From: Dipteris shenzhenensis
Lineage: Eukaryota
Assembly (NCBI GenBank): GCA_047967505.1
Contig: CM106538.1
DNA: 64,000 bases
Reading direction: 5' to 3' (one strand)
Below, in pieces: positions 13,968-26,900 of this stretch (position 1 is the first letter of the stretch; each line of letters opens with the position of its first letter). The notes beneath the pieces are model-generated. The model was not told the DNA's origin. It worked only from the letters and a program-made list of their open reading frames with translations, and did no database searches. The position numbers and the translations under genes are program-made.

Positions 13968-16429
13968 TGTTGGAAGTCAATGTCCCCTGGGCCTCACCTG
14001 TGAGCCCTCATATGAGGAGGACATGGGGGCATATGACTGAGGGGAAGGGAACACAGGGGACTGTTATGGGCTGCAGGACAGCAGCATAAAAGGGCTGTAT
14101 GGCAGGCCACAATGGGCTGGGACAGCAAGCCCACTAAACCCCCTGGCAGCTCCTTATATAGGCTGCCTAGGGGGGGGTTGGTTTGGGCAGAAAAGGGCCG
14201 ACTGGTAGGTCGGCCAGCCAGCCAGCCAGCCCCTGGGTCGGTCATCTCTAGGGGCTGCAGGCCCCCTATAAAAGGGCCCTTCCCCCCCCTCATTTCTCCA
14301 TCAGCCACTAAATCCAGAAGAGGCAGCGCGGAGCAGGAGAAGTCCAGGAGAGTTCTTAGTTTTAGCAGTCCAGCCCTCACTGGTTCTTTTGTGCTCACCT
14401 TGAGCTTTGTCATGCCCACTATTAAGTAGAGGAATACTATCTGAGCTCTGTGTGTGTGTGTGTGTGTCTCTCTCTCTCTCTCTCTCGTGTATGCTGTTTA
14501 TGATCTATCTTTTGAGTGAGGTATTCATGTGTGGTCTGCATCATTGAGTGTTAGATGGAGCTGTTCCTATTCTGCATAGGTTGTGAGGACAGAGAGATTC
14601 TTTCCTTAATTTCCAGCATGGTATCAAAGCCCGGTTCCCAGCTCGCTCTAGATGCTCACACATCGAAGGAAGGGGTTCTTCTACTCCAAAGCGACTCTGA
14701 TTTGAATCAGGTTTGCAGAGTAATATTATATCTGCCGCACACTCTATTTGGAGATTCTTTGCTGTGTTAAATTTGCAGGAGACATGTCGAAGTCAGAAAC
14801 CCCTTCTGCCTCTGCTCTTCATACCTCCTCCTCTAGTCATGTTCCATCTTGTACTATCCCCAACTTTGGAGAGTCCGGGAAGCTGGATGGGACTAATTAG
14901 CCCATCTGGAAGGTAAAGATTCGGAGTCATCTTGTGGCTGGAAGTTGGGGAAGCTCACAACGGGAATGGAGGCAAAGGCGGAGGATGTTGTAGACAACAA
15001 GGGGAGGATTCTTGAGCCGGTGGACAAAGATGAACTCAAAGCATGGGAGAATAGAGATGCCCAAGGCCTGGCTTTAATCATAGGGACAACGGCAGACTCA
15101 GCGATTCCTCATATCTAGAGGGCAGATACGTCAATGGAGGCGTGGTTCACTCTGAACAACTTGTACGAGAGAGAGAGCACTTCTCGTATATGGACTCTAC
15201 AGCACCGGATTTTCAATATGAGCATGAATGAAGGAGAGTCGGTACATGACCACTTGACGAAAGTCAAAGTGCTAAGAGATCAATTGGCAAATCAACTGGC
15301 ATTGGTTGGTCAGAAGGTGGACTCCAGTTAGATGGCACTGTTGACACTTGGTATGCTACCCTGCAGCTTCAAGGGATTCGTCACCAGTGTGATAGCTGGA
15401 GAAAGGATCAAGCCCCTGACATTCGAAGGAGGCTCGGGAGAAGTTGTACAACAAGGACGGTGATAAAGCACTTCTGGCAAAGGATAAGGCCGTTAAGGGC
15501 AAACCCAAGGACTCCAAAGGCAAGGTCGAAGACTCAGAGAAGAAAAAGATGAAATGTTTCTGTTGTGAAAAACTCGGTCATTATGTAAAGGACTATCATC
15601 ATTAGGAGACAGATCAGAGAGTCCAAGAGCAAGAAAGAGCTTAAGACAATGGCCAATGTCACTAGAGGTGAGCTATTCTTGTGCATAGAGCACTGCTCCG
15701 CCCATGTAGCGAGTGATAACAAGGAGGGTTGGTACGTGGACAGCGGCGCCTCAAAACACATGTCCAACAGGAAAGAGTGGTTCAATACTATGGAGGGGGT
15801 TCATCCTGACTCATAGGTGATTGTAGGGGATAGCAGGACATGCAAGGTGAAGGGTGTAGGGAGTATTCCGTTCATCACCATAGTGGGAGAAGAAAATATA
15901 ATATCTGGGGTGCTATATGCTCGAAATCTTTGCATCTGCTATTGTGAGTTAGATGGGTAAGCATAAGATGTCAATACTCTTCGAAAATGGGGAAGTCACT
16001 GTCACATCCAAGGAAAATGGACAGGTGGTGGCCCAAGGTGTCGAGGAGGATGGCTTATACCGGTTACATGCCTTAGTTGTTCATGGGGACGATGGGCACT
16101 CAAAGTTGTGGCACGAAAGGTTTGCTCATGTCAATTACGGCACTCTTAGAGAAATTCAAAAGTCGAAGATGGTGGAGGAACTTCCACTGATTGTAGGCAC
16201 AGATAAAGTCTGCCAGCTTTGCTTGGAGGGCAAGCATCACCGTGATAGATTCCCAGGAGGGCTAAGGGATTATGAGAGCTGGTCCACTCCAACATTTGTG
16301 GACCAATGTCAACAAACTCGTTTGCAGGTTCAAGGTATTCTCTCCCATTTGTTGATGACTTTAGTCTTCTTCTATTTGTTCATGACTTTAGTCGGATGAC
16401 TTGGGTGTACTGCCTGGCCAAGAAGTCAT
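13968..16429 (+). mobile_element. Decayed Ty1/copia element A: 5' LTR 13968-14618, PBS 14619-14631, gag-PR-partial IN from 14784, cut by element B
   Basis: TG...CA LTR followed by tggtatcaaagcc (tRNA-iMet PBS); gag, WYVDSGASKHMS protease motif and LWHERFAHVN integrase Zn-finger, with stops and frameshifts. Confidence 0.85.
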
Positions 16430-19400
16430 TGTTAGAAATGTCACTACCCCACCTGTGAGCCCCTGATTGGAGGGGATAAGGGGGCAGGAGACTGTAGAGG
16501 GATGGGGCTGAGAGTACCTAATCTTCAGAGGCAGCATCCTGCGTGGAGTTGCGCCAGCAGACACGGGAGAGGCTGGAGCAGCATGCAGTACACGTGGGGG
16601 CCTGGCATCAGCAGCCCAAAAAGCCCACAGAGGGGGCCTATTTATAGGTTAGACCAGCCAGGTCTGGTCGGCCCAGATTCAGCCCCAAAAGGGGCCTTGA
16701 CCAGGTCGGTACAGTAGGCTGAAATCGACTGGCCAGGTCGGCCAGTTTGAGGGCTCAGGCTCTCCTATATAAAGCCCTTCATTCCTCCTTCATTCTCCAT
16801 CACCAGCACTGACCTGCCTTGCACCAGGCAAGCGCGCAGGGAGAGGAGAACACTTAGCTTTTGTTGACAGCAGCCTTGCTGTTCTCTGTGCTCATCTTTG
16901 AGCTTTTGTTTGCCCACATCTGTGGAAGAATATATCTGAGTTTTGTTGCAATCTCTCTCTATCTCTTTGAGTGTTGTTTGAGCTGCGATCGGGAGTGTGA
17001 GGAGTGAGTGATTCTATCCTCTATTTCCAACGTGGTATTAGAAAAGGAGACTCCAATCAACACTAAGGTTTGCTGCGTGGTCAAGTTCTCTTCTGCAAAT
17101 TCATTTTTCAGTTTGCTGTTTGCTATTACAGCAAGAATGGAGGACAAGGATTCTACTGTTGCCTCTTCATCCCCTTCTCTTCCTTCCTCCTCTTCCAGAT
17201 TTCTCTCATTCACCATCCCGAACTTCGGAGAGTCAGGGAAGCTAGATGGGTCGAACTACCCAATCTGGAAGGTGAAAATCCGGAGCCATTTAGTGGCTCG
17301 GAAGTTGTGGAAGTTGACAACGGGGGTCGAGGCAAAGCCGGAAGATATGCTGGACAGCAAGGGGAGGATTCTCATTCCAGTAGATGGAGAGAAGCTTGAG
17401 AATTGGGAAGACAGAGATGCCCACTCCCTAGCATTAATCATCGGGACCATGGCAGACGCTGTTTTTCCGCTCTTCCAGATGGCCGAGATGTCGTGTGGGC
17501 TATTCTGAAGGATCTGTATGAAACGGACAACACATATCGTATTCTGCTTCTTCAACATCAACTGTACAATCTGGACATGAATGAGGCGGACAATGTTCAT
17601 GACAATCTGACAAAAGTCAAGGTGGTAAGGGACCAGCTCGCGGTAGTTGGTCAGAAGGTAGACTCAAGTCATCTAGCATTGCCGACATTACACAAGCCAC
17701 CTCGCAGTTTCAAGAGTTTCGTGACTACGGTCATTGCAGGACAGAGGACCAAGCCTCTCACCTTCGAGGAGCTTGGTCCTTTACTATTGCAAGAAGAGGC
17801 TCGAGAAACGCTATTTACTCAATTGGATGAGAAGACTCTTGTGGCAAGGGAAGTTCAAAGACTCCAAGAACAACAAGAAGACCGAGGATGCATAGAAAAA
17901 GAGGCAGATGAAGTGCTTCTACTGTGAGAAGCTTGGTCATTCTGCTAAAGAGTGCTACAAGAAGAAAGTGGACCTTAAGCGAAAGGAGTCCAAGTCCAAG
18001 GAGGAGCCAAAGACTGAATCGGTAAACGTCACGACTAGCGCTCTCTTCATCCTGACTAAGTACTGCCCCGCTTATGCAATCAGTGAAGGAAGGAAGGTTT
18101 GTACGTGGACAGTGGAGCTTCAAATCACATGTCCAACAAAAAGGAGTGGTTCAAAACCATGGAAGGTATGCATCCTGATTCCAAGGTCATTGTTGCGGAT
18201 AACCGGACATGCCCTGTTAAGGGTTTTGGTAGTATTCCATTCATCACGACTGCAGGAAACGAGGAGCCGATTTTCGTTGTACTGTATGTACGGACCTTGT
18301 GTAAGAACCTTTTGTCTCTCAGTCAGATGGACAAGCACAATATGTCGGTCTTATTCGACAACGGCAAAGTCACTGTCACATCCAAGGCAAACAAAAAGGT
18401 GGTGGCTCAAGGAGGTGTGGAGTATGGGCTATATCCACTCAACGCTTTGTTGGTGCACGGGGACCATGGCAAATCCAAATTGTGGCATGAGCGGTTTGGT
18501 CACGTCAACTATGGCACTCTCGTCGAGATGCAAAAGATGGTGGATGGACTTCCACCGATCGCAGGCAATGATCGTGTTTGGAGGGCAAGCAACATAGAGA
18601 CAAGTTCCCATAGGAGGCCTCGTCACGGGCCAAGAAGCCGCTCGAGTTGGTTCACGCCGACATCTGCGGCCCAATGTCGACAAATTCATTCACAGGTTTG
18701 CTGTATTCTCTTTTATTTGTGGATGATTTCCCTCGCATGACGTGGGTATTCTGCGTGGCCAAGAAGTCTTAGGCTTATGAGAAATTCAAAGACTGGAAGG
18801 CCCAGGTAGAGAAGGAGAGCGGGGAGATAATCAAATCCTTCTGCACTGACAGAGGGGGAGAGTTCACTTCTACCGACACTTCTACCGAACCCCTCTGCCA
18901 TAGATGGTGACCTTTTGAATATGGTCTCCATCCAATGATAAGCTCGCCTGGATTCAGTAACGCACTCGGCTTCTGATCGGCGTGAGGCCAACTATGCCTA
19001 CCACTGCCATGTCTTATAGTGATTATATGGGTGTTTGTCCTCTAGAGAGAGAAGAACCTTAACGGTTCGCGGTTCACGGTATTTCTCTTTTATTTGTGGA
19101 TGATTTCCCTCGCATGACGTGGGTATTCTACCTAGCCAAGAAGTCTCAGGCTTATGAGAAATGCAAAGATTGGAAGGCCCAGGTAGAGAAGGAGAGCGGG
19201 GAGGTAATCAAAGCCTTCTGCACTGATAGAGGGGAAGAGTTCACTTCTACCGAACCGCTCTGCCATAGATGGTGACCTCTTGAATATGCTCTCCATCCAA
19301 TGCTAAGCTCTATTGGATTCAGTCACGCACTCGGCTTCTGATCGGCGTGAGGCCAACTATGCCTTCCACTGCCATGTCTTGTAGTGATTGTATGGGTGTT

Positions 19401-21060
19401 TGTCCTTTGGAGAGAGAAGAACACGGTTCGTGGTTTGCGGTATTCTCTTTTATTTGTGGATGATTTCCCTCGCATGACGTGGGTATTCTGCCTGGCCAAG
19501 AAGTCTCAGGCTTATGAGAAATTCAAAGATTGGAAGGCCCAGGTAGAGAAGGAGAGCGGGGAGGTAATCAAAGCCTTCTGCACTGACAGAGGGGGAGAGT
19601 TCACTTCTACCAAACCCCTCTGCCATAGATGGTGACCTCCTGAATATGGTCTCCATCCAATGCTAAGCTCGCCTGGATTCAATCACGCACCTGGCTTCTG
19701 ATCTCGACGTGAGACCAACTATGCCTACCATTGCCATGTCTTGTAGTGATTGTATGGGTGTTTGTCCTTTGGAGAGAGAAGAACCTTAACGGCTTGGGGA
19801 GTCGAGGGTGCTGCCATGTGAGCCCTTCTGGCCAGACCAATGGTCGCCACCAAGGAAAAACAACAAAGGAACAAGGGCGAAGCCCTTCAGAACCTCTGCC
19901 GACCCAAAGGAGTAGGTAGGCTGTGGGGTGCACCTTGATGACCTAAAGCAACCACCAGAAGCTGTCCCAAAAAATGTGAAAACTGAGAGTGAAAGCTCCA
20001 TGCAGAAGGCCTTGAACCGGAACTCCTTGTAGAGACTGCATGGGAGGGGGTTGCTTGCGCATAAAACTTCCACATGTGCATGAGCCTTCTTACAGAGGGC
20101 TTGGACCCTTGCAAGGATAGTCCCGGGGGTAGCTCGACGCTGCACATTGCTGCACCACACCCGGGAGATGCCCCAAGCTCCATCGCACTTGGGGCAGGCC
20201 CCAGAGGAGCACGCTGCTGTTGCTGTGCAGCTATGCGCTGTGCCACCAAGCCAGACGAGGAGAGCGGAGACCCGCGCACCTGCAAGGGGGAACCTACTAT
20301 GCGCTGCCCAGTAGGGAGCGAAGAGCCACACATGAAAAGGGGTGTGCCCAAAAGGTATGTGCATGAAGAGGCGTGTACTCCTTGTGAAGGGTGTAACCTG
20401 CTGGATAGATGATGGCCTTGACATTTTCGAGTTGATGAGATGGTGACTTAGTGGATTAACCTGTCGGTGGTAACTAGATTACATGAGGAAGCTGGTCAGC
20501 TGATGCTGCATGGTCGAGGTCCATGTACGGTGTTACAAGGGTACGGAGGTGGACCTAGAGGAGGAGGAGCTGTAGAGTCGAGGATCACAGATTGAGGAGG
20601 CCTTTGAATCTGCATTGGTGGTGTTATTGGCCCAAAGTGGGTTGGTGAAAGGGGGTGTTGGAATCAAGGGGTCGCCTCCCCAGGTGAGCCCCTGCATGAG
20701 GACCACATAGAGGAGATGACAAGCAGCATGCGATTGGAACAAAGGGGCTGGAATTGAGCTGCCATGTGGGCAGCAAGCTGGCTGCCACATGGGCAGCAGA
20801 CATGAGTCCTTGGATTGATTATGGGAAGCCACATGGGCTACTCAAGCCAGCAACATTGGCTGGCTGTTTGCCCTGACTTAGGGCTGGCAATGGGCCAATG
20901 GGCTGGGGACAGACGAGCACAAATGGGCAAAGATCAGGGCCTATTTATACGGAAGAAAGGACAGCAAGTCGGCTGTCTGTCTGGGTCTGTTTACAGACCT
21001 GATGCAGGTCGGCCTGCCATGTGTCAGGTCATTGGAGTGATTAATTTTCTTTACAGGCTA
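16430..21060 (+). mobile_element. Related copia element B (deletion derivative): LTR 16430-17032, PBS-like 17033, gag-PR-partial IN 17137-~18880, no RT/RNase H, PPT 20647-20655, partial 3' LTR from 20656
   Basis: KLDGSNYPIWKVKI, CFYCEKLGHSAKEC, YVDSGASNHMS, LWHERFGHVN, VDDFPRMTWV...TDRGGEF; gaaaggggg then TGTTGGAA; its LTRs share the cacctgtgagccc-type motif with LTR A. Confidence 0.8.
18700..19795 (+). repeat. Triplicated ~360-375 bp unit (integrase core fragment + non-coding segment)
   Basis: ttctcttttatttgtggatgatttccctcgcatgacgtggg starts at ~18706, ~19083 and ~19443. Confidence 0.95.
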
Positions 21061-21082
21061 GTGAGCAAAATGGAAGGTCTTT

Positions 21083-21832
21083 CCCAATGTATTTTTTTCA
21101 AGGTCCGTCCTTGGAAAAGTTTTGAACATTTGGTGACAACCTATATATATTTTAGAGGAACTAACATAATGTTTTACACTATTTCCCATATACTTATGCC
21201 TAGTATAATACACTCTAGATAAGTTTTTGGCGACAACTTGTCAACAGATGGCTATAAAGTCATATTTTGGTCAAATTTTTGGCAATGTTGTATTTCTTTG
21301 GAGCCATAGTTTCACCCAAAAAATCCTTGGGGGTGCCAATTTTTTGCCAAATTTGTAAAATTTCTCCCAAAAAGAAAAATGCTAGTATTTACCCTATAAG
21401 AGGACCCCCAAATGGGAGCATAGGGCAGTTCAATCCCCAGGGAGCAGTGAGCCTTCCTGGTCACAAAGGGAGGGCAGATCTCGAGGAGCCTACATGGGTG
21501 GTGACATATTTTAGAGGAACTAACATGATGCTTTACACTACTAGTATAATGCACTGTAGTTCAGTTTTTGATGGCAACTTGTCAAAAGATGGCTATAAAG
21601 TCATATTTTGGTCAAATTTTTGGCAATATTTTATTATTTTGGAGCCATATTTTCACCCAAAAAAACCTTGGGGGTGCCAAAATTTTGCCCAATTTGTAAA
21701 ATTTCTCCCAAAAAGAAAAACACTAGTCTAAACCCTATAAGAGGAGCATAAGGCAGTTCTCTCCACAGGGAGCAGTGAGCCTTCCTGACCACAAAAAGAG
21801 TGCAGATCTGGAGGAGCCTACATTGGTTGGTG
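21083..21832. repeat. Tandemly duplicated ~350-bp MITE-like AT-rich unit
   Basis: Two copies of ttttagaggaactaacat...aaatttctcccaaaaagaaaaa..ctagt...gcagatct.gaggagcctaca; weak terminal inverted motif (caatgtattttttt / aaaaagaaaaacactag). Confidence 0.7.
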
Positions 21833-22059
21833 CAGCATACAGAGCCAATTTTGACGCCCGATGGTCTGCTGCAGGTATTGGTGCAATTCGCCTTTGGACT
21901 TTTCTTGTCCAGGGCGCTCCCCCTCAGCCAAGTTAGCGCTTGCTGGCCAAACGCGGGGCATGCATTGGCAGGATCTATATCTATCGATGATTTTTTTGTG
22001 GTACATCTGAGTACATTCTATGCAGATCTTAAGTGCTTGTTATCTACGTGCATTCGCAA

Positions 22060-22232
22060 TGAGTGAGTAGTTGTCTCAAGTTAAGTTGTGATATCTTGGG
22101 GAAGTCTTCCACTGCGGGGAGTTGCCTGCACAGAATCGAAGTTCTTTCAATCGACATGCATGGACACTGAGTGAGTTGTTTTCTCAAGTTAAGTTGTGTG
22201 ATCTTGGGGAAGTCTTCCTGTGTGGGGAGTTG
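22060..22232. repeat. Short direct duplication (~65 bp x2, period ~108 bp)
   Basis: tgagtgagt.gtt.tctcaagttaagttgtg...atcttgggg(a)agtcttcc...ggggagttg repeated. Confidence 0.8.
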
Positions 22233-22343
22233 GCTGTAGCAAGCAAGCTCTCTTTCTTTGACATGGTATTTGGGCCTTGTGTGGTAGTGGATGCATGGTC
22301 TTGTATTCTCTGAGATTTTCATGTTTGACCCTTTTCTATTCAG

Positions 22344-22479
22344 GTAAAGGAAATTGAGCAAGAATCTTCAGGGGCATATGGATATAAAAAAGGTGTGGTT
22401 GCAAAGGGGGGGCCCACTTCAGGTTTGGCTCAAAGGTTGAAGGTTTTACGCGACTCCAGTAGTAAAAATGATCAAGAAG
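22344..22479 (+). CDS. Host gene exon 3 (VKEIEQESSGAYGYKKGVVAKGGPTSGLAQRLKVLRDSSSKNDQE)
   Basis: Acceptor cttttctattcAG|GTA, donor GAAG|GTACTT; joins exon 2 in phase 0 to give PVELIKRVKEIEQE. Confidence 0.85.
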
Positions 22480-23339
22480 GTACTTTTATGCTTTTGTGTA
22501 TGCATTTACATATACCTTTTTCTCCTCACAACTTGTATTTATATAAATCTAGCTCTATTCTCATATGTAGCACATCTCCATGAAAGTGCAACATTTGAGC
22601 CTTTTCAAAGAAAAGAATGTCTCTTGTTTGTCCCTATTTTTACACAAAATGCCGTTTTCATTTGTTTCCTAGCTTATATTTGTTTGTGACGTACAATTTA
22701 AAGATTACTCTAGTATCAAGACGGTTTAACTCTTCAATGCTTCGTACAATCTTTCCCTCATGTTTTGATGTTGTTTCTTCATTTTTGGCTTGAAATGTTC
22801 TCATCTTGCAAAGGACATACTCAAGAAGATCCTTCTAAAAGAAATTTTTAAGTCAATGGGTTTTGAATACCAAAGGGAAGATGGATTTGTGATGATATCA
22901 TCCTTATCCTCTTGCTTATTGTTCTGAGTTGTGGTGATTGAAACATAAGATAAGTGCCCAATCTAGGGTAGTGTAGCGGACATGCAAATTCTTTGAATTT
23001 TCGTCCAAGTGGTGATCAGTTGTTCAAGTATATCGAAGTATCTTATGCGGTTGCAGAAGCCCCAACAGTTAAAAATTCTCAACTTTAGAATAATGAAATC
23101 TGAATTTGTACGATTGGATATTTTCAAGTCTTACAAAGGTATAGTATAGCCCTTAAAGGCATAAAAAGTGTAGTGTGAAACTATCAGGGAAGCAATCCTA
23201 AAGTTGTTAAGTTATGTACTATTGGGACAGGTGTTGGTGTCTAAAAATGATTTGTAATGGGCAAGAAGAGTACACACCACTCTCACTAACTGTGCCTGTG
23301 CTATAACTACTAGGCGTGGAAGCATGGAATGCTAGCTTT

Positions 23340-23510
23340 GAAAGAAAGAAGTTTATTAAAGTCTTTGGAAGATTGACGGGTCTATGAGATTATAAGAAAC
23401 CTGATACAATACGCTGAAAGGGTGGAGCTACTAGACGAGCATCATCACCATGCTAAATGCTAGGTACTACATAGTTACAACATCATCATCATCATCATCA
23501 TATCAATTAG
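23340..23510 (-). mobile_element. Short 3'-end fragment of the RTE-X-like LINE family
   Basis: Homologous to 23954-24200; minus strand ends AATAAAC(TTTC)n and carries a (GAT)n run. Confidence 0.75.
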
Positions 23511-23953
23511 ATCGAGTGTCAAGTGTGCTTAGATGCATCAAAGGCTCCAAGAGGGGAGTGAGATATCATGGTGGCCCCGGTGGTGGGCGGCTTTGCAAGA
23601 GCAGTGTAGAAGTGGGTCAAAATTGCCTTCAAAGACCTCGAAGTGTTGCCAAAAATGCTTGCAGGTGGTCGGCTCTACTGCAGGAGCCTAGGAATCCTAG
23701 GTTCAGCGATGAAGAGCTTCAAAACAGCTTCAGGGAACCACTCCTGCAGGCGCTTGTAGACCAGGGTACCGACAGTAGATAAAAGGCGCCTAGGGGACTC
23801 GAAACAGCCCAGGAATGACACTATTGGAGGCGGTTATGGAGGCAGCAAGCTAGTTAGGGTTTAGGGTTTGTTGGAGAAGATGATGATGTGGCAGGGCATG
23901 CTAGGGTAGGACTAACCTGGCTTTGATACCATGTTAGAAACATGGTGGTGAGA
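23511..23953 (-). mobile_element. LTR-retrotransposon leader fragment (LTR end + tRNA-Met PBS + 5' UTR)
   Basis: Minus strand ...tttctaaCA|TGGTATCAAAGCC (PBS at 23919-23931). Confidence 0.65.
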
Positions 23954-26900
23954 GAAAGAACGAAAGAAAGAAAGAAAGTTTATTAAAGTCTTCGGAAGAC
24001 CGATAGGTCTATGAGACTGTGAAAATTCTGATACAACGAGCTGTGGTAGTGGAGCTACTAAACGAGCATCCATACCAATGCAAAATGCAAAATGCAAAAA
24101 ATGCAAAAATGCAGAATGACAGTACTAAGTCCTAAGTACAACATAGTCATGTTGATGGTAGACTATATATCAATCTCAGCATCATCATCAATATCATCAT
24201 CATCCCTAGCAACAGCAAGATATCAGGATGGATGAGGAGGCGGAGGCATGAAGTCGGCAATAGAGTGCTGTCGGCCACTCAGAGGTGCGGTCCTGGCACA
24301 TCTCCTGGTTGTAGCGCTGCGTCTAACCAAGGCTATTGTGACCCCAGTCGGTCGGGCTCCGACTCTAAACAAGGAGGGGATGTCTCCAAGTGTGATTTGT
24401 GTGTCGACCCTTTGTCTGAGCTGTCGGGTCACGGGCTCCGTGTCACGGTCATGTCGAGGCCTCGTCTCGTTGGGGTCCATGTGATCTAGCTGAAAGAACT
24501 CCGTGATAGAGCTTTGAGAGGGATCAACCAAGGAAGAAGTCTGCTCCTGTCTCCGCGCTCAAAGTATCCTCTCGCGGTGTCTAAGTGCCTCATGAATGAA
24601 ACCTGCCAAACACCGCTGGTCTGGGTAGGAGAGGAAACGGGCTAAAATCCCATAACTATCCCTGAAGAGGCAGTGGAAACATCCTCGGATCTCATAGTAC
24701 ACAGGACACCTGAAGATGAAATGCTCCTCTGTCTCAACCTCCTGTATGTCACGCAGTGTGTATATGCGTCGCTCCATGGGTAGTCGCTCTGCTCTGCCGC
24801 TCTCGATGCAAAGTCTGTGTGAAGAGACCGGGAACTGCCCAAGAGAGATCCTCAGCGAGTGGGGTAGGTGAATCTGTGTGTATCCTGGTGGGTCAATGAA
24901 ACCCTCTGCTGTGATATGTAAGAAGTGATCTCTGTAGAAGCTAAGCTTCACTGGGAGTTCACTCGGTTCCAACCAGGTCTGAAAAGTGTGTAACTGTAGT
25001 AGATCCTCACAGATAACCTGGTTGACCTCGTGTGATAAGAGGGGAGAGAACGGAGCATCCATGCTATACTGGAAGGGAGGTAGTCTATCCATGTGGAGCC
25101 CCAGTTGCTCAAACCATCTCTTTGTACGTGCATACCATCACCTTTGATCTCCTCCTGCTGCAAGTGCCATAGAAGAGGATAGAGCTATCCATGGTAGCCT
25201 GCTACGCCCTGAGGTATAATCTTATATTCCCTAACTCGGTACAGATATGTGATGACTTGAAATGCAGCATCTAGATGTAAAGGGGGTAACCCAAACTCAG
25301 CCTGAATGATCTGGTGAGGAACGGATGACTTACCACGAATCATCCATGATAACATGAGAACCTGTAGCCGCTCCACACGGGCCCACTCTGTATCCGACAA
25401 GTCTGGCCCCCAACAAGGGCTGCCGTACATCCCTGTTGGGCAACCCCTTGGTGCGTGGATCTTGAAAGTGTGAGCGGAAGCACTGCCTCTCTAGCCTGGC
25501 CAATGAGGCATACCCTCTACTCAAGCGTGCCTTCATCGCGGGTCTCATAGTGAAGCTTGGTCCGGAGAAGATAACCCCAGATAAGTGTATGATGAAACTA
25601 TCTCAACAGATGACTCCGCAAATGTGAACTGCTCCTGACGCGTGATGGCTCGAGATATATTGAAGATCATGACCTTGGTTTTACCCAGGTTGACCTTCAA
25701 ATCATGAGACTCACAAAAGGACTGTAGTGCGTCTTGGTGTCTCTGAAGCCCCTCTGTTGATGAAGACAAGAGAGCCACATCATCTGCATAGAGCAAAATC
25801 TGGATCAGCGTGCCCGCAAGAGAGCAACCTACACCCCCCTGTGTCTGCATCACTATCTCAAGCTCGTCAAGGTAGAGGCCAAACAAGGTAGGCGACAAAG
25901 GACAGCCTTGTTTGACCCCGATGGTACTCATGATCTCGTCTGTCCACCTGGATCCTGCTCGAACTCTGCTAGAAACTCTCTCGTAAAGTGCCATGACAGC
26001 CCAAATGATCTCCTGGTCATATATGAGGCGGGCTCTCAGGACCGTGTCAAATGCCTTGCGGAAATCCACAAAGCAACAATAAACCCTCTGCTTCCGTGAC
26101 CTCGCCTCCTTGATGATACATCTGAGCGTGAGAATGTGGTTCATGGTTCCATGATCACGCCGAAATCCGGCCTGTCTTGTTGCTCTAAGTCCTCGACACT
26201 CTGCAAGTTTGCTAACCTTGGAGTCAAGTACTGATGCATAAATCTTGGACATGACATGTCCAATCATAGTGGTCCTGTAGTTCTCCGGGCTCATGGGATC
26301 CCTTGCCTTGTGGATGGGTGAGATAGTGTTAATGGTTCGAGTGTGTGGAAATCCCAAACAAACCGCTTCATTAAAAAGCTTTGCTAAGATCGGGGCTAGG
26401 AGGTTAATCCTATATGCAATGAACTCAGTGCATAGCCCCTCATGATCCTTCGCTCGGCCATTATGAAGTTTCATTATGGCATCCTTTACCCCTCCTCTAG
26501 TGAAGAGGGTGCAGGATGTGGGACGTGGCATGTGTAAGAGGTTAGGGATTGGCTGATTTGGGATGTCATAAAGTGTGTGTGCATAATCAAACCAGATCTG
26601 GGTGTCAGTGAGTGGCGGAGGGGACCGTCCTTCTAGAAATCTCCGCCAGAAGTCCTTAGAGTTGTTACTAAACAAAATGTTCAGTAGCTCCTCCTCGTTT
26701 CGATGAACGAAGTCTAGTTTCTTTCTCCGTACCAGTCCACGGTATTCACGTAGCGTATCTGGTGCGCTTGGAAGACTGTTTTTGGTTTCGAATCTGAGTT
26801 GACGGCGTAAGGCCTTACACTCATCATCGTACCAACTATTACAGGGTACAGTTCCAAGGGGTGGTGGGTGGGTGGTGTGGGAAAAAGCATGAATGACAGC

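Noticed and set aside
19786-20424. 212-aa antisense ORF in copia B
   Set aside because: GC-rich region with overlapping ORFs in several frames and no recognisable motif.
23855-23869. Interstitial telomere repeat (TAGGGTTTAGGGTTT)
   Set aside because: Only two units; a common telo-box-like motif in TE leaders.
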